From the NCBI GenBank assembly GCA_958009085.1, contig OY253689.1:248001-312000 (forward strand): a stretch of DNA of 64,000 nt, in the 5' to 3' direction. Made by a program: the position numbers and the translations under genes. Below are positions 1-12,221 of this stretch, one piece after another. Below the pieces are notes generated by a model. That model made no database searches, had not been told where the DNA came from, and saw only the letters and a program-made list of their open reading frames with translations. How positions within the stretch are numbered: position 1 is the first letter of the stretch; the number at the start of each line of letters is the position of its first letter. Origin of the DNA: Protoeuglena noctilucae (lineage: Eukaryota).

Positions 1-1371
1 GACGGCGCGCTTGCGCTCGTCCTCGATCTCCTGCGCCGAAGAACAAGGTCCAAATGGTCAGCTGCCCACGGTGCCGCCTTCGTCGCACCGTGCGCTGTGC
101 CCGTCACCCACGCAGCCCGTATGTATCACCTTGAGGCGGTCCGTGCACAGCTCCACCTCCTCCTGCTCGTACTGCTTCAGGAGCGACCCCTTCTCGTCCA
201 CCCCCAGCGACTCCCACAGGCCCGTCTTGGCCAGCTCGGCCGACAGGGCCTTCATGCCCTCCTCGCTCGAGAAAAGCACGGGCTTGCCCAGCTTGCTCTC
301 GGCCTGGTCGAGCGCGCGAGAGAAGGCCGTGTACGCCTCCGGGAGCAGGTGCGGCTCCGCCTGGGCCTTGAACTGCACGCGGGGTCGGGGGTACCCACGG
401 TCTCAAAGGGCGCACGTCCGTGAAAAGAGGGCTTGGACTGCAAAGGCGACGCCATCGGTGCCAACGGCGCGGTATCTGACGTCGCCCGAGCGCTGCGGGT
501 GCACCTTGCGGACGGAGTCTTGCGCGTTGCGGACCAGGAGCTCGCGCTGGAAGGCAACCTGGTGCCACCGCTGGAGGATGCCGTGCTTGTCCTTGAGCGA
601 AAGGACGCTCTTGACGAAGCTCGCCACGCCGCCCCCGTTGGACGAGGAGGGCGTCTCGATGGCCTCCACGGCCGCCTGCGAGGGAGGTGCGGGGTCTGCC
701 CGTCCTGCCCGGGCCCGCGGGCGAAAGCGGACGGCGAGTCGCGCGGCGCCGATCAACGACCACGCTCCCGTGCGGGACCGGCGGCGGGCGACGCGCCTTG
801 AAGCCCTCGACCGCCTCCATCTCCTTCACGGCCGTGTAGATGAGCGGATCCACGTTGGCCTTGGCCGCCTCCGCGTCCCAGGACTCGTACTTGGCGCGCT
901 GGGCGGCCCAGAACTGGTCGTGCTCCTTGTCGCGCGCCCCGGACGACAAATCGGCCTGGTACTGCTTCTTCTTCGCTTCGAGCGCCTCCTTCTCCACCTG
1001 CTTCACGAACTGCTCCAGGCTGGACACCTCCTGGGGAGCCGCAGCCAAAAACCGCCCTGCCAGCGGCGTGTTCCCAGCGGCCCGGGCCAGGCCCGCGCCC
1101 AGACCCTGCGGAGGGAGGGCTGGCAGGCATTGCGGGCGCCACGCGGGGCGCGAGCCGGCTCCCCGCACGCTCCTCGCGCGGCATGCTGCATTTGAGAGCG
1201 ATCGTTGCCACGGGGGGCGTCATCCGGCCCAGAACGCAGCGCAGGCCAGCGACACAGTGCCGGACTGGGCCGATGCGGCACCCAGCGCGCGGGGACCCAG
1301 TGCAACGCCCAACGATGAGCCCACGAGCTCCGCGGGGCCCTCACCGAGCCGAGAATCCTCCGCAGCGACAT
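1..1371 (-). CDS. Mitochondrial ATP synthase 24-kDa (FAd/MGP1)-like subunit, spliced, runs off the left edge
   Basis: Exon 1 MSLRRILGS (1371-1345, GTGAGG donor) joins exon 2 from about 1106 (GLGAGLARAAGNTPLAGRFLAA), giving a mitochondrial-type presequence. The downstream exon ALDQAESKLGKPVLFSSEEGMKALSAELAK...LKQYEQEE resembles, from recall, the plant FAd segment ALEKVEKELKKPL..DKKGM.LL.AEF. Confidence 0.6.
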
Positions 1372-1652
1372 CGCCCCGACCGCCGCGCGAGGTCGCCTGT
1401 CCCGGCTAAGAGCGAGTCAGCGGAGAGTGGGGCGTGGTGGGCGGGAACAGGCGAAACACCCGACCGGGGAGTGCCCCGTGTCACTGGCACCGACCGCGGG
1501 GCTCATCGATTCGCGATGCCACTCGGGTTTCACGCGCTGTACATTCCTACGACTAGACGACTGGCGGTGTTGGAAAAGCATTCCAGGGTTTCGTCAGGGG
1601 TGGCATTCCTGGCCCGAGCTCTTCGAAGAAGGGGCGCCGGCCCCCCGAAACC

Positions 1653-3093
1653 ATGGCCGCAGACGTAGCAAACGTCCACGGGGAGGATGCGGGCGCGAGC
1701 GAGCATGAGCTCGCGCGGCTGAAGCAGTCCTTCGCGTTTTGCGGGTTAGAGCGAGAAATGCTGTTTGACGGGGCCAAGTGGCTGGTCAAGGGGGCTACGG
1801 GGAACGACCACTTGTCGCAGGTGGGGTCGCGGCAGAGGCGGGATCGCCGCGCGCTGCGGCCGACCGACTCGAAGGGGTCTAGGGTTGGGGCCCGGTGGAG
1901 TCGCTTGGCGGGGGAAAGGAGAGGCACCGTTGCTCAGCTGAATTTATCGCCAGCAAATCAATTCGATGGCGGGGTCTCGGCGGCTGAGAGGGCCCCAGCG
2001 TGCCAATTGGGGGCCATCCCAGGTCATCGTGCGTAGCGCGCCCTCCCGCGGCGCCCACAGGTGTTGGAAGGTGTCGAGGCGCTGGTGGAGACAGGAGAAT
2101 TCATTCACGACATCGAACAGTCGATGCACGGCGGCAAGAAGCCAGCGGTGAGCCCAGCCACGGCCCGTGCCCAAGTGTTGAGTTCGCCGCCGCTCTGCGA
2201 ACATATCTTCGCCTTTTCCGCCCCAGTCCTCGACCCCGTCCAATGAAGTCGCATCCAAAATCACCGAGACGGAGTTCTGGGAGTGCAGGCTGGACGCGCG
2301 GGAGGGCGAGTGCGCACGGGACCACGAGGTGGCCAGCACGGCTGCCAACGACGAGGCAACCGCGGTGGTAGAAGAGCCCGAGGCGTCCGAGACTTCCGCA
2401 GGTGAGCGCCGCAGCTTTCCCGGTGCTTTCAGGCCCCCGGCCTGCGTGCGCGCATGTCGTTGTGTCGACGGTCAGCGCGTCCGCGGTCGCACGCAGCGTC
2501 CGGCTATGTGGTGGTGGAAAAGGAGGACGTTGTCCTCGCCGTGGGGCACTTCTTGTCCGTGTACCTGGCCTCGGACCCTCGTGCAGCCGGCATGACGCCC
2601 AAGGAGCTCCAGAAAGCCATCAAGTGAGTGGCGCGGTGGTGCGGGGATGCAAAACACAAATGAGACACACACATACATGGCATGTGCGGCACTCGCATGC
2701 GCATGGAGAATTCGCTCAGGGCCTGGGCAGCCATTGCTTGTAGCAGGTTGAGATTCCACCTCATCTCCTCATCTCTCCCGCTGCTCCCAGGGTTGGGCTG
2801 AAGGAAGTGCGGTCCACGGGGGTCCTCTCGTCCATGTGGGGCTGGGGCAAGTTCCTCTACCGCGTCTCTGCTACAGGTGAGCGAGGGGGGCCAGGGTGGT
2901 TCTAGCCGAACCGAGCGGCGGGCTGATAGATCATGAACTCGTGTCAAGGCTGTCACAAGACTTCAACAGCACTCGCTGGGCACGCGATGACCCCGCAGGC
3001 ATGGCGCTGTTCCAAGTCTACACCAACCCGTGGATCGTGAGGGGCGTGCTCCAAGTGGCGTGGGTCGCCGGCAAGTACTTGACCTCACCGTAG
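1653..3093 (+). CDS. Conserved green-lineage protein of unknown function (multi-exon)
   Basis: Exons with GT/AG borders give MAADVANV..., VLEGVEALVETGEFIHDIEQS, GYVVVEKEDVVLAVGHFLSVYL...MTPKELQKAI and VYTNPWIVRGVLQVAW. This resembles a plant uncharacterised family (recalled pattern YVLV..EDIV...F.A.YL...LTP.QLQ.AL...IYQNP). Confidence 0.6.
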
Positions 3094-3305
3094 GCCAGGC
3101 GCAGTGGCTGTCGCCGAATCAGCGAGGTCGGCGCCCAGCCGAGGCGTGGGACTACGGACCACCCACAGAGGAGTTGGACAAGTCCTTTCTCGTGAAGTCC
3201 ATGGGGGCATCTGCTGGTAGAAAACACCGTTGAAAGTCCGACCCTTGCTATCTATCACGGGTGCCTGTGGGGGCGTTGATGTGCTAGGGGTGCGAATGGT
3301 GACGT

Positions 3306-5102
3306 TTAGGCCTCGACGTTGGAAGGCACAGGCGTCGACTTGCGCGTGTTGTCGATGAGCTGCCGGAAGAGCTCGCCGCGGGTGCGCATCTCCTGCGGGA
3401 GGGAGCGGAAAGTCGACGAGATTAAGCTGCAGCCGGTTGACGGGAAGCGATGCAACGTGGGCCCTCTCTGTTGACCGATATCGCCTTGCTGACCGTCACC
3501 TGGATGTGGGCCGGGTCCGCGAGGGCGGTCGCGTGCGAGATGCCGCTGGCGTGGTCGTGCGCGCCGAGGATGCGGATCTGCCGGGGGGACAGGGACGGGA
3601 CGCTCTGGAGGTTGATGACGCGCGTGGCGCCCTTGACCACCGTGCGGACCGTCACGGGCCACACGAACTCGAGGTCCGGCGCCTCGGCGTGCTCGCGGGC
3701 CGCCCAGTGGTGGATCTGCACGCCCGTGACGACCGCGTAGTCGGCCTTGCGGGTGTCGACCGTGAGCGAGATGAGACGCTCCAGCTCGCCCGAGATCATC
3801 TGCTCCGCCAGCCGCGTGATCTCCACCAGGTCGAGGGACGAGGGGTCCACGCCCTTGCTGCGGACCGCAGAGCATGGGGGATGTCAGGGACGAGAATCTC
3901 AGAGAGCACGCGAGGCGTTGCAAGCGTAGGCGTCAGGTGCATGCAGGCATCGGGCAACGCAAGCATGAGCCTCTGCCACATGCCAGCACTTCACTCCCAC
4001 TCTACATGAGCACAATCGCTTTCCAAGCACGCGCAGCACACATACAAGTGCCCCCACCGGCCCCGCACGCACCGCTGCATGAGGCGAGCGAGGTTCTGGC
4101 GCAAGATGGAGAGCTCCGGGTCGAGGGGGTCCAGGACGAGGCCCCCATCCTCGCGCACCTCCTCTTGCTTGCCGCCCTTGAACAGCTCCAGGCAGCGCGC
4201 GAGGGCCCCGCACGCGGTCGAGTCGCCCAGGCGGCCCATGCGCGTGATGGAGCCCACCTTGCCCTGCGGTGATTTGATAGGCCTCGGGGCCTTAGTCGGG
4301 GCGCCGCGGTAGCGCAGACGGCTGCGGTGGGCGCGCGGGCCGGGGCGCGGGACGCGGGGCTTACCGTGGAGTCGATGGCGATGTGGGGGAAGGAGAAGAA
4401 CACGTAGCGCTCGCGCCCGCCGAGGTTGGGGGCGTGGGAGAGGCCCGCCTTGAGGCCCGTGACGCCGCAGAGCATGACGCCGCCGAGTCCGTGCGTCGAG
4501 AAGGACTGGCCGAAGACGGCGTGGACCTTGTGGGCGAGGTTGTGGCACACCTCGTCGCGGCACAGGTTGAGCACGGCGATGGAGTTGTCGCCGGTGAAGC
4601 CGCTCTGAAAGAGGCTCATCTCCACGCGCGCCATGAAGTCGTCGATCCCGAGGGCGCCGGGGAAGAACTCACGGACCGTCGCAGTGCGGAGCTGCAGGTA
4701 CGCGTTCTGCGGGCCAAGGGACGGTGGGAGGGGAGTGGGACGCGCGCGGCTGGATGTATACGCGCCCGATTCCTCCACAGACGCATCCGACGCGTCGAAA
4801 AGGCGCGCCTCGTCGGGGACAGCGCCTGCTTCCGCGCGCCGCTGCGGGGCTACGGCCAGCACCTCCCACAGCCCCTGCGACCCTCACCTCCGCGCCCGCC
4901 TCGTCACCGTCGCGGAGATAGAAGAGCGGGCCGTGCTGCGCTCTGCGATCGGCGTGGAGACACTCGCTTGGATGGAGAAAAGAAGCACAGCGCCGCGGAA
5001 ATGTCACCCAACACCGACGCCCCTTCCACTCACCCCTCGTCCCTCTCCAGCAGCGGCGGCTCGGCGGGCCGCATGGCGTTGTTGTACGACGTGCGCTTCA
5101 TG
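3306..5102 (-). CDS. LCIB: LCIB/LCIC-family (limiting-CO2-inducible, carbonic-anhydrase-like) protein
   Basis: Hallmark segments FPGALGIDDFMARVE, GFTGDNSIAVLNLCRDE, GVTGLKAGLSHAP, RERYVFFSFPHIAID, ACGAL, DPLDPELSILRQ and ADYAVVTGVQIH. Multi-exon; the start codon is uncertain (5102 or about 5075). Confidence 0.92.
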
Positions 5103-5609
5103 ACGCCTCCTGTGTATGCGATGGCAACGCTTGTCTCTGGACGACGGCCTGCGGGAGAGGACCACGCACGCCTCGTTCTCCCATCGCGGGCCCCGGGCCA
5201 TCGCATCGGAGGCGCAAGACCACGAGGCGACGACAAGGTTTCTAGTAAATGCATCGCGGGCAACGCGGCCGCAAGATACAGCCCCAAAACTTTGCCACCC
5301 GCCCCTCCGTCTTCGTCCGGAGGGCAGCGGTCCGGGGAGACATATCTAGCCGCCTCACCTTGAAATCGGGGACGAGTCGGGACGGACCAGTCGACGAGAG
5401 TGCGAGGCGGTTGGAGAGGGCGCGGGAGAAGCGGTGCCCTGCCGCATCTGGCGCACGCCAGAGTTTGCTGGACCTGAAACTTGGAGGGAGGAGTTGTCGC
5501 GAGCACGACGACAGCGACGTTTCACTCAGATCGCGAGGACGAGCTGCTCCCACAGCCTCGACAGCTGCGAGACCTCGCTCGCGGCGGCGCTCGCCCTAGG
5601 TCAACAACA

Positions 5610-6330
5610 ATGGCGATCGGCCTTCAGCTCGCCGTCTTCGGCCCGGCCAGCCCCGGCAGGTACGACCGAAGCCAACGTGCAAACGCTGTGGCGCATTTGC
5701 GGGCTCGGAGGGCCCACAGCGGTGCCGAAAGAGTCCTGGCAGAAGGCCTTCTGTCCGCGCCCACTGGGCACCGATCGTGCTCTTAACCAGCCCCCGTCTG
5801 TTGCATTTACTCTCCTCGCTTCAGATCGTGCCAGGGTTGGCTCATCGGGCGGCCCTGCTGTCAGCGGGCCGTGTGGAAAGGGGGAGCATATCGGCCGCCT
5901 TGCCCCCCGCAGGAGACGCCCCCGCCACGTTTGCAGCGCGGGCCGGAGGGACGCCATGGTCGGGCTTGGATTGGGGACCCTCGGGGCACTAGCGGCCGCC
6001 CAGCCGGCCAACGCGGCGTACTCTTGCGTTGGGTGTTCCGCGAAAGAAAAGGCTCGCCTCGAGTCCGAGCGGAGGGAGGTGAGCTCGCCCTCGTCGTCCG
6101 TCTCGAGCGATCCGCGTGCAATCGGCGTCGTGCCTCCTCCTCTTTTGCGGAGCATGCCGAGCAACATCTGCATCGCGAATCGCACCAGCAAGGGGCGGCT
6201 CCCTGTCGGTCCATGCCGAAGCCTCTAGCGTCCGCCGTCGCAGGAGCTCAAGGAGCGTGTCGCCGCCCTCAAGGCGAAGGCCAAGGGCGCTTCCAAGGCC
6301 CCTGCCGCGGAGTCCACGAGCTCCGAGTGA
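5610..6330 (+). CDS. Small putative thylakoid-lumen protein with twin-arginine signal
   Basis: Three exons (about 5610-5659, 5913-6078, 6244-6330): transit-like N-terminus, GRRDAMVGLGLGTLGALAAAQPANA (RR, hydrophobic core, AxA), then AYSCVGCSAKEKARLESERREELKERVAALKAKAKGASKAPAAESTSSE*. Confidence 0.65.
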
Positions 6331-6785
6331 CGTGGCTTCCCAGTGACGCCTCGGCTGTTCCGCAGAGCAGGGCGACTGCGTCGTTCCGCCAGATGCTCTG
6401 TGACTGAGCTTCCCACCCAAGTTGCTTTTGCGCCGCTCTTCAATTTCTCGCTAGCACTCTCCAGCACTCTCCAGCAGTTTGAGCGCGGCTACCACACCTG
6501 CGCTGCGACCCCCATGCGGGAGTGGGCGCTGCGCACCCAGCTCCCGCGAGCAGGGAGGCCCCTACCCAAGTCAGACGGCTGATGCCGGGTGCCGCGTATC
6601 CGCAGCTGCTCACGCGGTCGCGCCCGCAGTTGGTGAGAAACGAGACTCGATCCGTCCCACAGAGAGCGCCGCCCCAGAGAGAACCCTGAGCACGTGGTGA
6701 CGTGCGCGGTGCCGAAACTCATGTGTGCGCCGACGCGCCTTCTGCGACGGGGATAGCGCGCTCGCGGAAGCGAGCTCCCGTCAAC

Positions 6786-9700
6786 ATGAGCGTGGGACTG
6801 GCGGAATACCTGGCCCTGAACCCCGGGGCGCCCTTTTTGCTCCCTGGGCAGGTTCAGGCGAGTCCGGCGTTGCGCGTCGCGAGATATTTTCCACCCGAAC
6901 CGGCGCGTCTGCCACAGTCGCTTGTTTTCCAGCGGGATGGATGGGCTCGGCCGCGCAGGGCGTCCCCCGCGCGGCGCCGAGCGTGTCGGTCAGCAGGGGG
7001 AAGGGGAGCCACAACCGGCAGCCGCTCTGTAATCCTGGAAGGCCCATGACGAGGATTCCAGGGCAGGTTTGGATGGGGCGATGGACAAGGTCCTCCTCCC
7101 CGCAGAGAGGGGGCGCGGCGGGCCCGTCGGGCCGCGCGGAAGGGGTCCGAGCTGCCCTGGCCAAGCTTCTCGCCTGGGTCGGGGAGCTGGTGTTCAAGCC
7201 GCTCAACCGCCTCATCGCGACGTACCTCATCAGCGGGCGCTCCATCTCCGCGCTCCTGGACGAGGTCCGGCGCGTCGTCGTGCGGACGCTGGGATTCCTG
7301 GTGGGACGGCCCAGGGCCGAGTGGCTGCAGGCGCGTCGCGGGCTCGCGCGCTCCCCTGCATCTTTTGCCTTTTCTCTTGCCTGCGGTGGAGGCCGCGCTG
7401 TCTCCGCCGCGGCGGGAGGGGCTCGCGGCCTGCGTGACCTGGCGCAGTGCGCCGGCTAGCCCCGCTGCGCCTCCGCGGCCCACTCCTCGCCCGCGCGCGC
7501 CCCCGACGCAGTTTCTGGGCCTTGGCGTCGTCGATGTGCGGCGCGGCCACCTCGCTCTGCTCGCCGCCGGAGCCTGCGCGCTCCTGACGGAAGGGGTCAA
7601 GGTGCGCCGCCCTCCGCGCCGCGCTGCCCCGGAGTTTCCGGGAAGACCCTCCTTGACAAATTCCCGAAGTCATATTCTACCGTTTGAGACGACCCGCGGA
7701 CCCGGACCGGCCTCGCTCGCCCCGCACTGGCTGGCTGCACGCAAACAGTTAGCACGCAGGCTTTTCCAACCTGCGCGACTGCCGCCACTGCTGCCGCCCA
7801 CTCGCGCCCTGGCCGCAGAGAGCCTTCCGGTACTTCTCTCCCCACGCGCGCATGCGGCGGGCCCTGCGCGCGTCGATGGCGTCGGCGCCCAGCTACGCGG
7901 CGTGGGAGAAGTGCGCGGAGCTTTTGGACGAATTGGAGGCGAGGAGCGGGGCTGATGCTATCAAAACTGACAACTGGTCTGTGTTGGCTGCTGCTCTGCT
8001 GTTCTGTCGGGTTAGGAGGGTGCAACAGCGGTGCAGAGTGTTGCCCCATTCCCGTGCCGCCTACTCCGTTGTGCGTGCTACCCACACACCCCACACACTC
8101 TCGCCCCTTCCCCTAGGGCGTCTCGGACTCCTCCCCCGCGTGCCAGGCGGGGTTCGGCGTCTTCGACCCCCAGCTCCTCGACACGCGGATGCGGTCCCTG
8201 CGCGTGCTGCACGGGGAGGACAAGGTGGACCAGCTGGTGTTCTACCTCAGGCGAGGCATATGCACAGTGATGGTGGTGGTTGTTTGTCAAGGGGGGCATG
8301 CAGTTGGGGTGGTGGTGTTCAGTCTCAACTTGCCGTAACGGTGGTATTCTACCTCAGGCGAGAGGGGCAGTGGGGGCGGTGGTTTTATGTCAAAGAGAGG
8401 CATGCAGCGGGGATGTAGATACTAAGGAGTACTGTGAGGTAAACGAGCATCCGTGCGTGTCCGCGACTGCATACCTCTGCTCTCCCCGCACGCAGGGGCG
8501 ACTTGATGCGCAACGCCGGCAACCTCAACGACCCGCGCCTCTACCACGTGAGCTGGCATGCGTCTCGATAATCGGATCTGCGTAGTCACATGTAGACTTC
8601 GTTATTGCATGTATCTTGGAGCCTTTTTGAACGTTATTGCCCTTGCAGCACCCCATCCCACCCCCTCACCCCTACCCCCAGTTCCGCCGCTCCACCCCCG
8701 GCATCGTCCGCGACTATTTGGCCGAGGTGCTACGACAGCTCGATTATGTCGTGGAGTATTCGGGGCCTCTGCTGACGCTGGAGGACAAGGTGGAGTTCTT
8801 CACTGAGGCGCGGCACGCGTTTGGGAGGTCGGCGCTTATTTTGAGGTGAGGGGGGGGGGGGGGGGGTGAGGGTGGGGGTGAGGATGGGGGTTGGGAGGTG
8901 AGGGTGGCAGGGATTGGCCGGTAGCCAGTCCTACTGCCTCACGACCCTTGTGATCCTCCTCGCCCATCGCAATGCCTCACAGCCCTCGCAACCCTCACAA
9001 GCCCCTCTCACCGCTCCCATGGCACTGCCTCACAACACCTCCTACTCCCCCCCCCCGTCTTTGCAGTGGCGGTGGCTCTCTGGGCACCTTCCACATGGGC
9101 GTGGTGAAGGCCCTGCATAGCCTCGACGCATTGCCCCGGGTCTTCTCTGGCGCCAGCGCGGGTGCCATTGTCTGCGCCATCATATGCACGCGCACCGACG
9201 AGGAGCTGACTGAGACGCTCAAGGTGAATGCAGTGGGTGGATGGGGCTGTGCAGTGCAGTGGGAGAGCGTGAGAGGGGGGCGCAGTGTGCAGACTGTCAG
9301 CAGTGCAGCACGTTCCCTCACATCGCCCACCCCACCCCCCTCCCCCCCAGCACGTGAAGAAGTTCGATCTCGGCTTCTTCTCCTTCCATACCTCACCCTC
9401 TCCCTCTCCACCCCCCCTCGTTGCAGCACGTCAAGGAGTTCGATTTGGGTTTCTTCTCCTTCAAGACCACCGCCGAGTACTTCCGCCACCTCCTCAAGAA
9501 GGGGTACGCCCAGGACGAGATGCACATCAAGCGACGGCTACGAGCGCTGGTGAGTGGGCGTAGTGAGATGCACATCAAGCGACGGCTACGGGCGCTGGTG
9601 AGCGATGTGGGATGAGCAGGGAGGGCACTGGAGAGCTGGGGTGGGTGGAGCAGGGAAAGCTCTCTCTTACCCCTCACCCCTCTCACCCCACCCCCACCTC

Positions 9701-11423
9701 AACCCCCCACCCCCCCAGTACGGCGACCTGACCTTCAACAACCCCCTCACCCGACCCCCTCTTTCTTCTCTACCCCCAGTACGGCGACCTGACCTTCCAG
9801 GAGGCCTACGACCGCACCGGCCGCATCCTCAACGTCTCGGTGTGCGCGGCCGACACCAACGAGCCCCCCAAGCTCCTCAACTACCTCACCGCGCCCCACG
9901 TGGTCATCTGGTCCGCCGTCGCCGCGTCCTCGGCCTTCCCGCTGCTCTTCCCGGCGACGGACATTCTGGCAAAAGACGTTAAGGGGGCGTTCGTGCGATG
10001 GGGGTCGTCGCACGCATTGGCGCCCTCCACCCGCCGGTGGCGCGACGGGTCGTTGGAGCTGGATTTGCCCATGCGGGACATCGGGGTGCTGTTCAACGTG
10101 AACCACTTCATCGTCTCCCAGACCAACCCCCACCTCTCGCCCCTCCTCAACCTCAAGCGCGTGCTCCACTCGGCCGTCGGGCACACGTGAGTACCTATGG
10201 GTGGGGGTGGATTGGATGAGGGGTCTGTATCTATTGGCTGAGCTGCACTGATTGGCCGGATATGTTTCGCTATCTCTAGTCGTGTTACAACTCTCTCCAC
10301 TCACCCCTTCGTCTTCACCCTCTTCCCCATTCCATCCCTCACCCACCCCACCCCACCCCGCCCCTCCAGCCTTGCGGAGATGGCGGAGGCCGAGGTCAAG
10401 CACCGCATCCAGCAGTTGTCGATGCTCCTGCCCGCCCGGTGGGCCAAGGTGACTCGGGTTATGACGCAGGCGTGGGAGGGTGACGTCACCGTCGTCATAC
10501 CCTACAGCTGGTGGTCGATCACCAAGCTGATCACGGACATGGACCGGGAGGAGATGGCCTTCGCGTGCGACACGGGGGAGAGGCTCACGTGGGAGAAGAT
10601 GCCGGCGGTGCAGGTGAGGGTTGGGGTATGGTAGGGGTGATGAGGGGGGTGGGGGTAAGGGAGAAGATGCTGGCTGTGCAGGTGAGGGTGGTGGTGAGGT
10701 TGTAAGAGAGAGGAGCGATGTGGAAGGGAGAGCTTGGTCAGTTTGCCAAATGTCGATCCCATTGCCCTCCCCTCCCCACCCCTTCACCATCACCCAACAC
10801 CCCCTCTCAACCCCCTTCCTCCCCCGCAGACGGCCGTGGCCATCGAGCGCGCCCTGGACCGATGCCTCACGACGCTGCAGAGTCAGGGGGACCGGGCGCC
10901 CCGGTCGCGCTCCCGTGGGCGTCTGCTGGCGCGCCCTCAGAACGGCCGCGTGGGGGGGCGCATCCCGTCCTGGGTGCACCTGCAGGCCATGGGGCTTGCG
11001 CACAGCAAGAGGCAGATGTCGGCGGAGAAGGGTGAGGGGTGTGGGGTGCACAGCAAGCGGCCCACCCCACCGCCTCACAAAGCCACCCATCTCTACCCCA
11101 CCCCGCCCATCTCTCCTCCACCCCATCCCACCGCCCCACCTCCTCACCGCCCCCACTATGTAGCCTCGCCACCCCACCACGCACCCACCCCCTCCCCCCC
11201 AGTCTCTTCCCAAGAGGGCACCGGCGACGGCTGGCGCGGCATCTCCGCCGACGACTCGGAGCCGGCCTCCCCCGCGCACACGATGGTGGGGCAGGAGCCG
11301 GTGGATGAGGACAAGGTGGTGGAGGCGCTGATGAGGCACCAGGCGCATTTGTGGGACCCACTGCTCCCGGGGGCGGGGGACAAGTACGACGGGCTGTCGT
11401 CGCTGGACGTCATCGCGCCGTGA
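6786..11423 (+). CDS. SDP1: Patatin-domain triacylglycerol lipase (SDP1/TGL4 family)
   Basis: [35 protein letters not shown], nucleophile motif [61 protein letters not shown] and [14 protein letters not shown]. Many exons. Confidence 0.95.
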
Positions 11424-12221
11424 CAGATGTGCGTGAGCATCGACGGTGCTTATCGACAGCCCCTCGTGTCTGCGACGGGGCTGTCGTCGCTGGACGTCAT
11501 TGCCTTATAACAGTGCAGCGACGGCAGTGCATTACGGTCCTGTTCGACTGGCTCTCGCTCCAGCCCCTCATGTCTGCGACGCGCTGTCGTCCCTCGTTGT
11601 CATGCCGCCCTAGCCACGGGGCTGGCGGCGACCTCCATCTTCCATCTAAACAGGCGGACCCATGCCTGCGCCCGACCATCCAAGCCATGGCCAAGCCACC
11701 AAGCTCCACCACTCCTCGCCACTGCCACCAAGCCTCGACTATGCCACCACGCCCAGGGCCTCTCACCCCACCGTCGCTCACCCCTAGCGCGACCCCCCGT
11801 ACCCCGTTGTCGTGCCCTTTCCTATCTCCGTGCCCGTGCTTGCTTAACGAGGCCCCTCAAGCATCCCCTACCTGTGAGAGCCATACCTGAGAGCCATACT
11901 AGCAGCGCATGCCGCCCGTCTATGCGCCCGCTCCATCAGCGCTCTGGCATGGCTCACACGAGGGTCTACGCTGCAGCTGCCCGGCGCCGTTATCGCATGC
12001 CGCCCCGCTTTGTGTCTGGCACCCTCTGGCGGCCGCGGGTTTGCACCGCTGTGCCTTGGGACGCTGGGTGAACAAGTTCAAAGGGCGATGGCTTTCATAG
12101 CGATGACAACTTATGAGAGAGCAAGTGCTTTGAGCTAGTGCATCTCTTCTGCGCTTTGCACCACCACAACGATCACGCCGCGCTGCCACCAGATGCTGCG
12201 AACCGTCTCGGATGCAGCACG

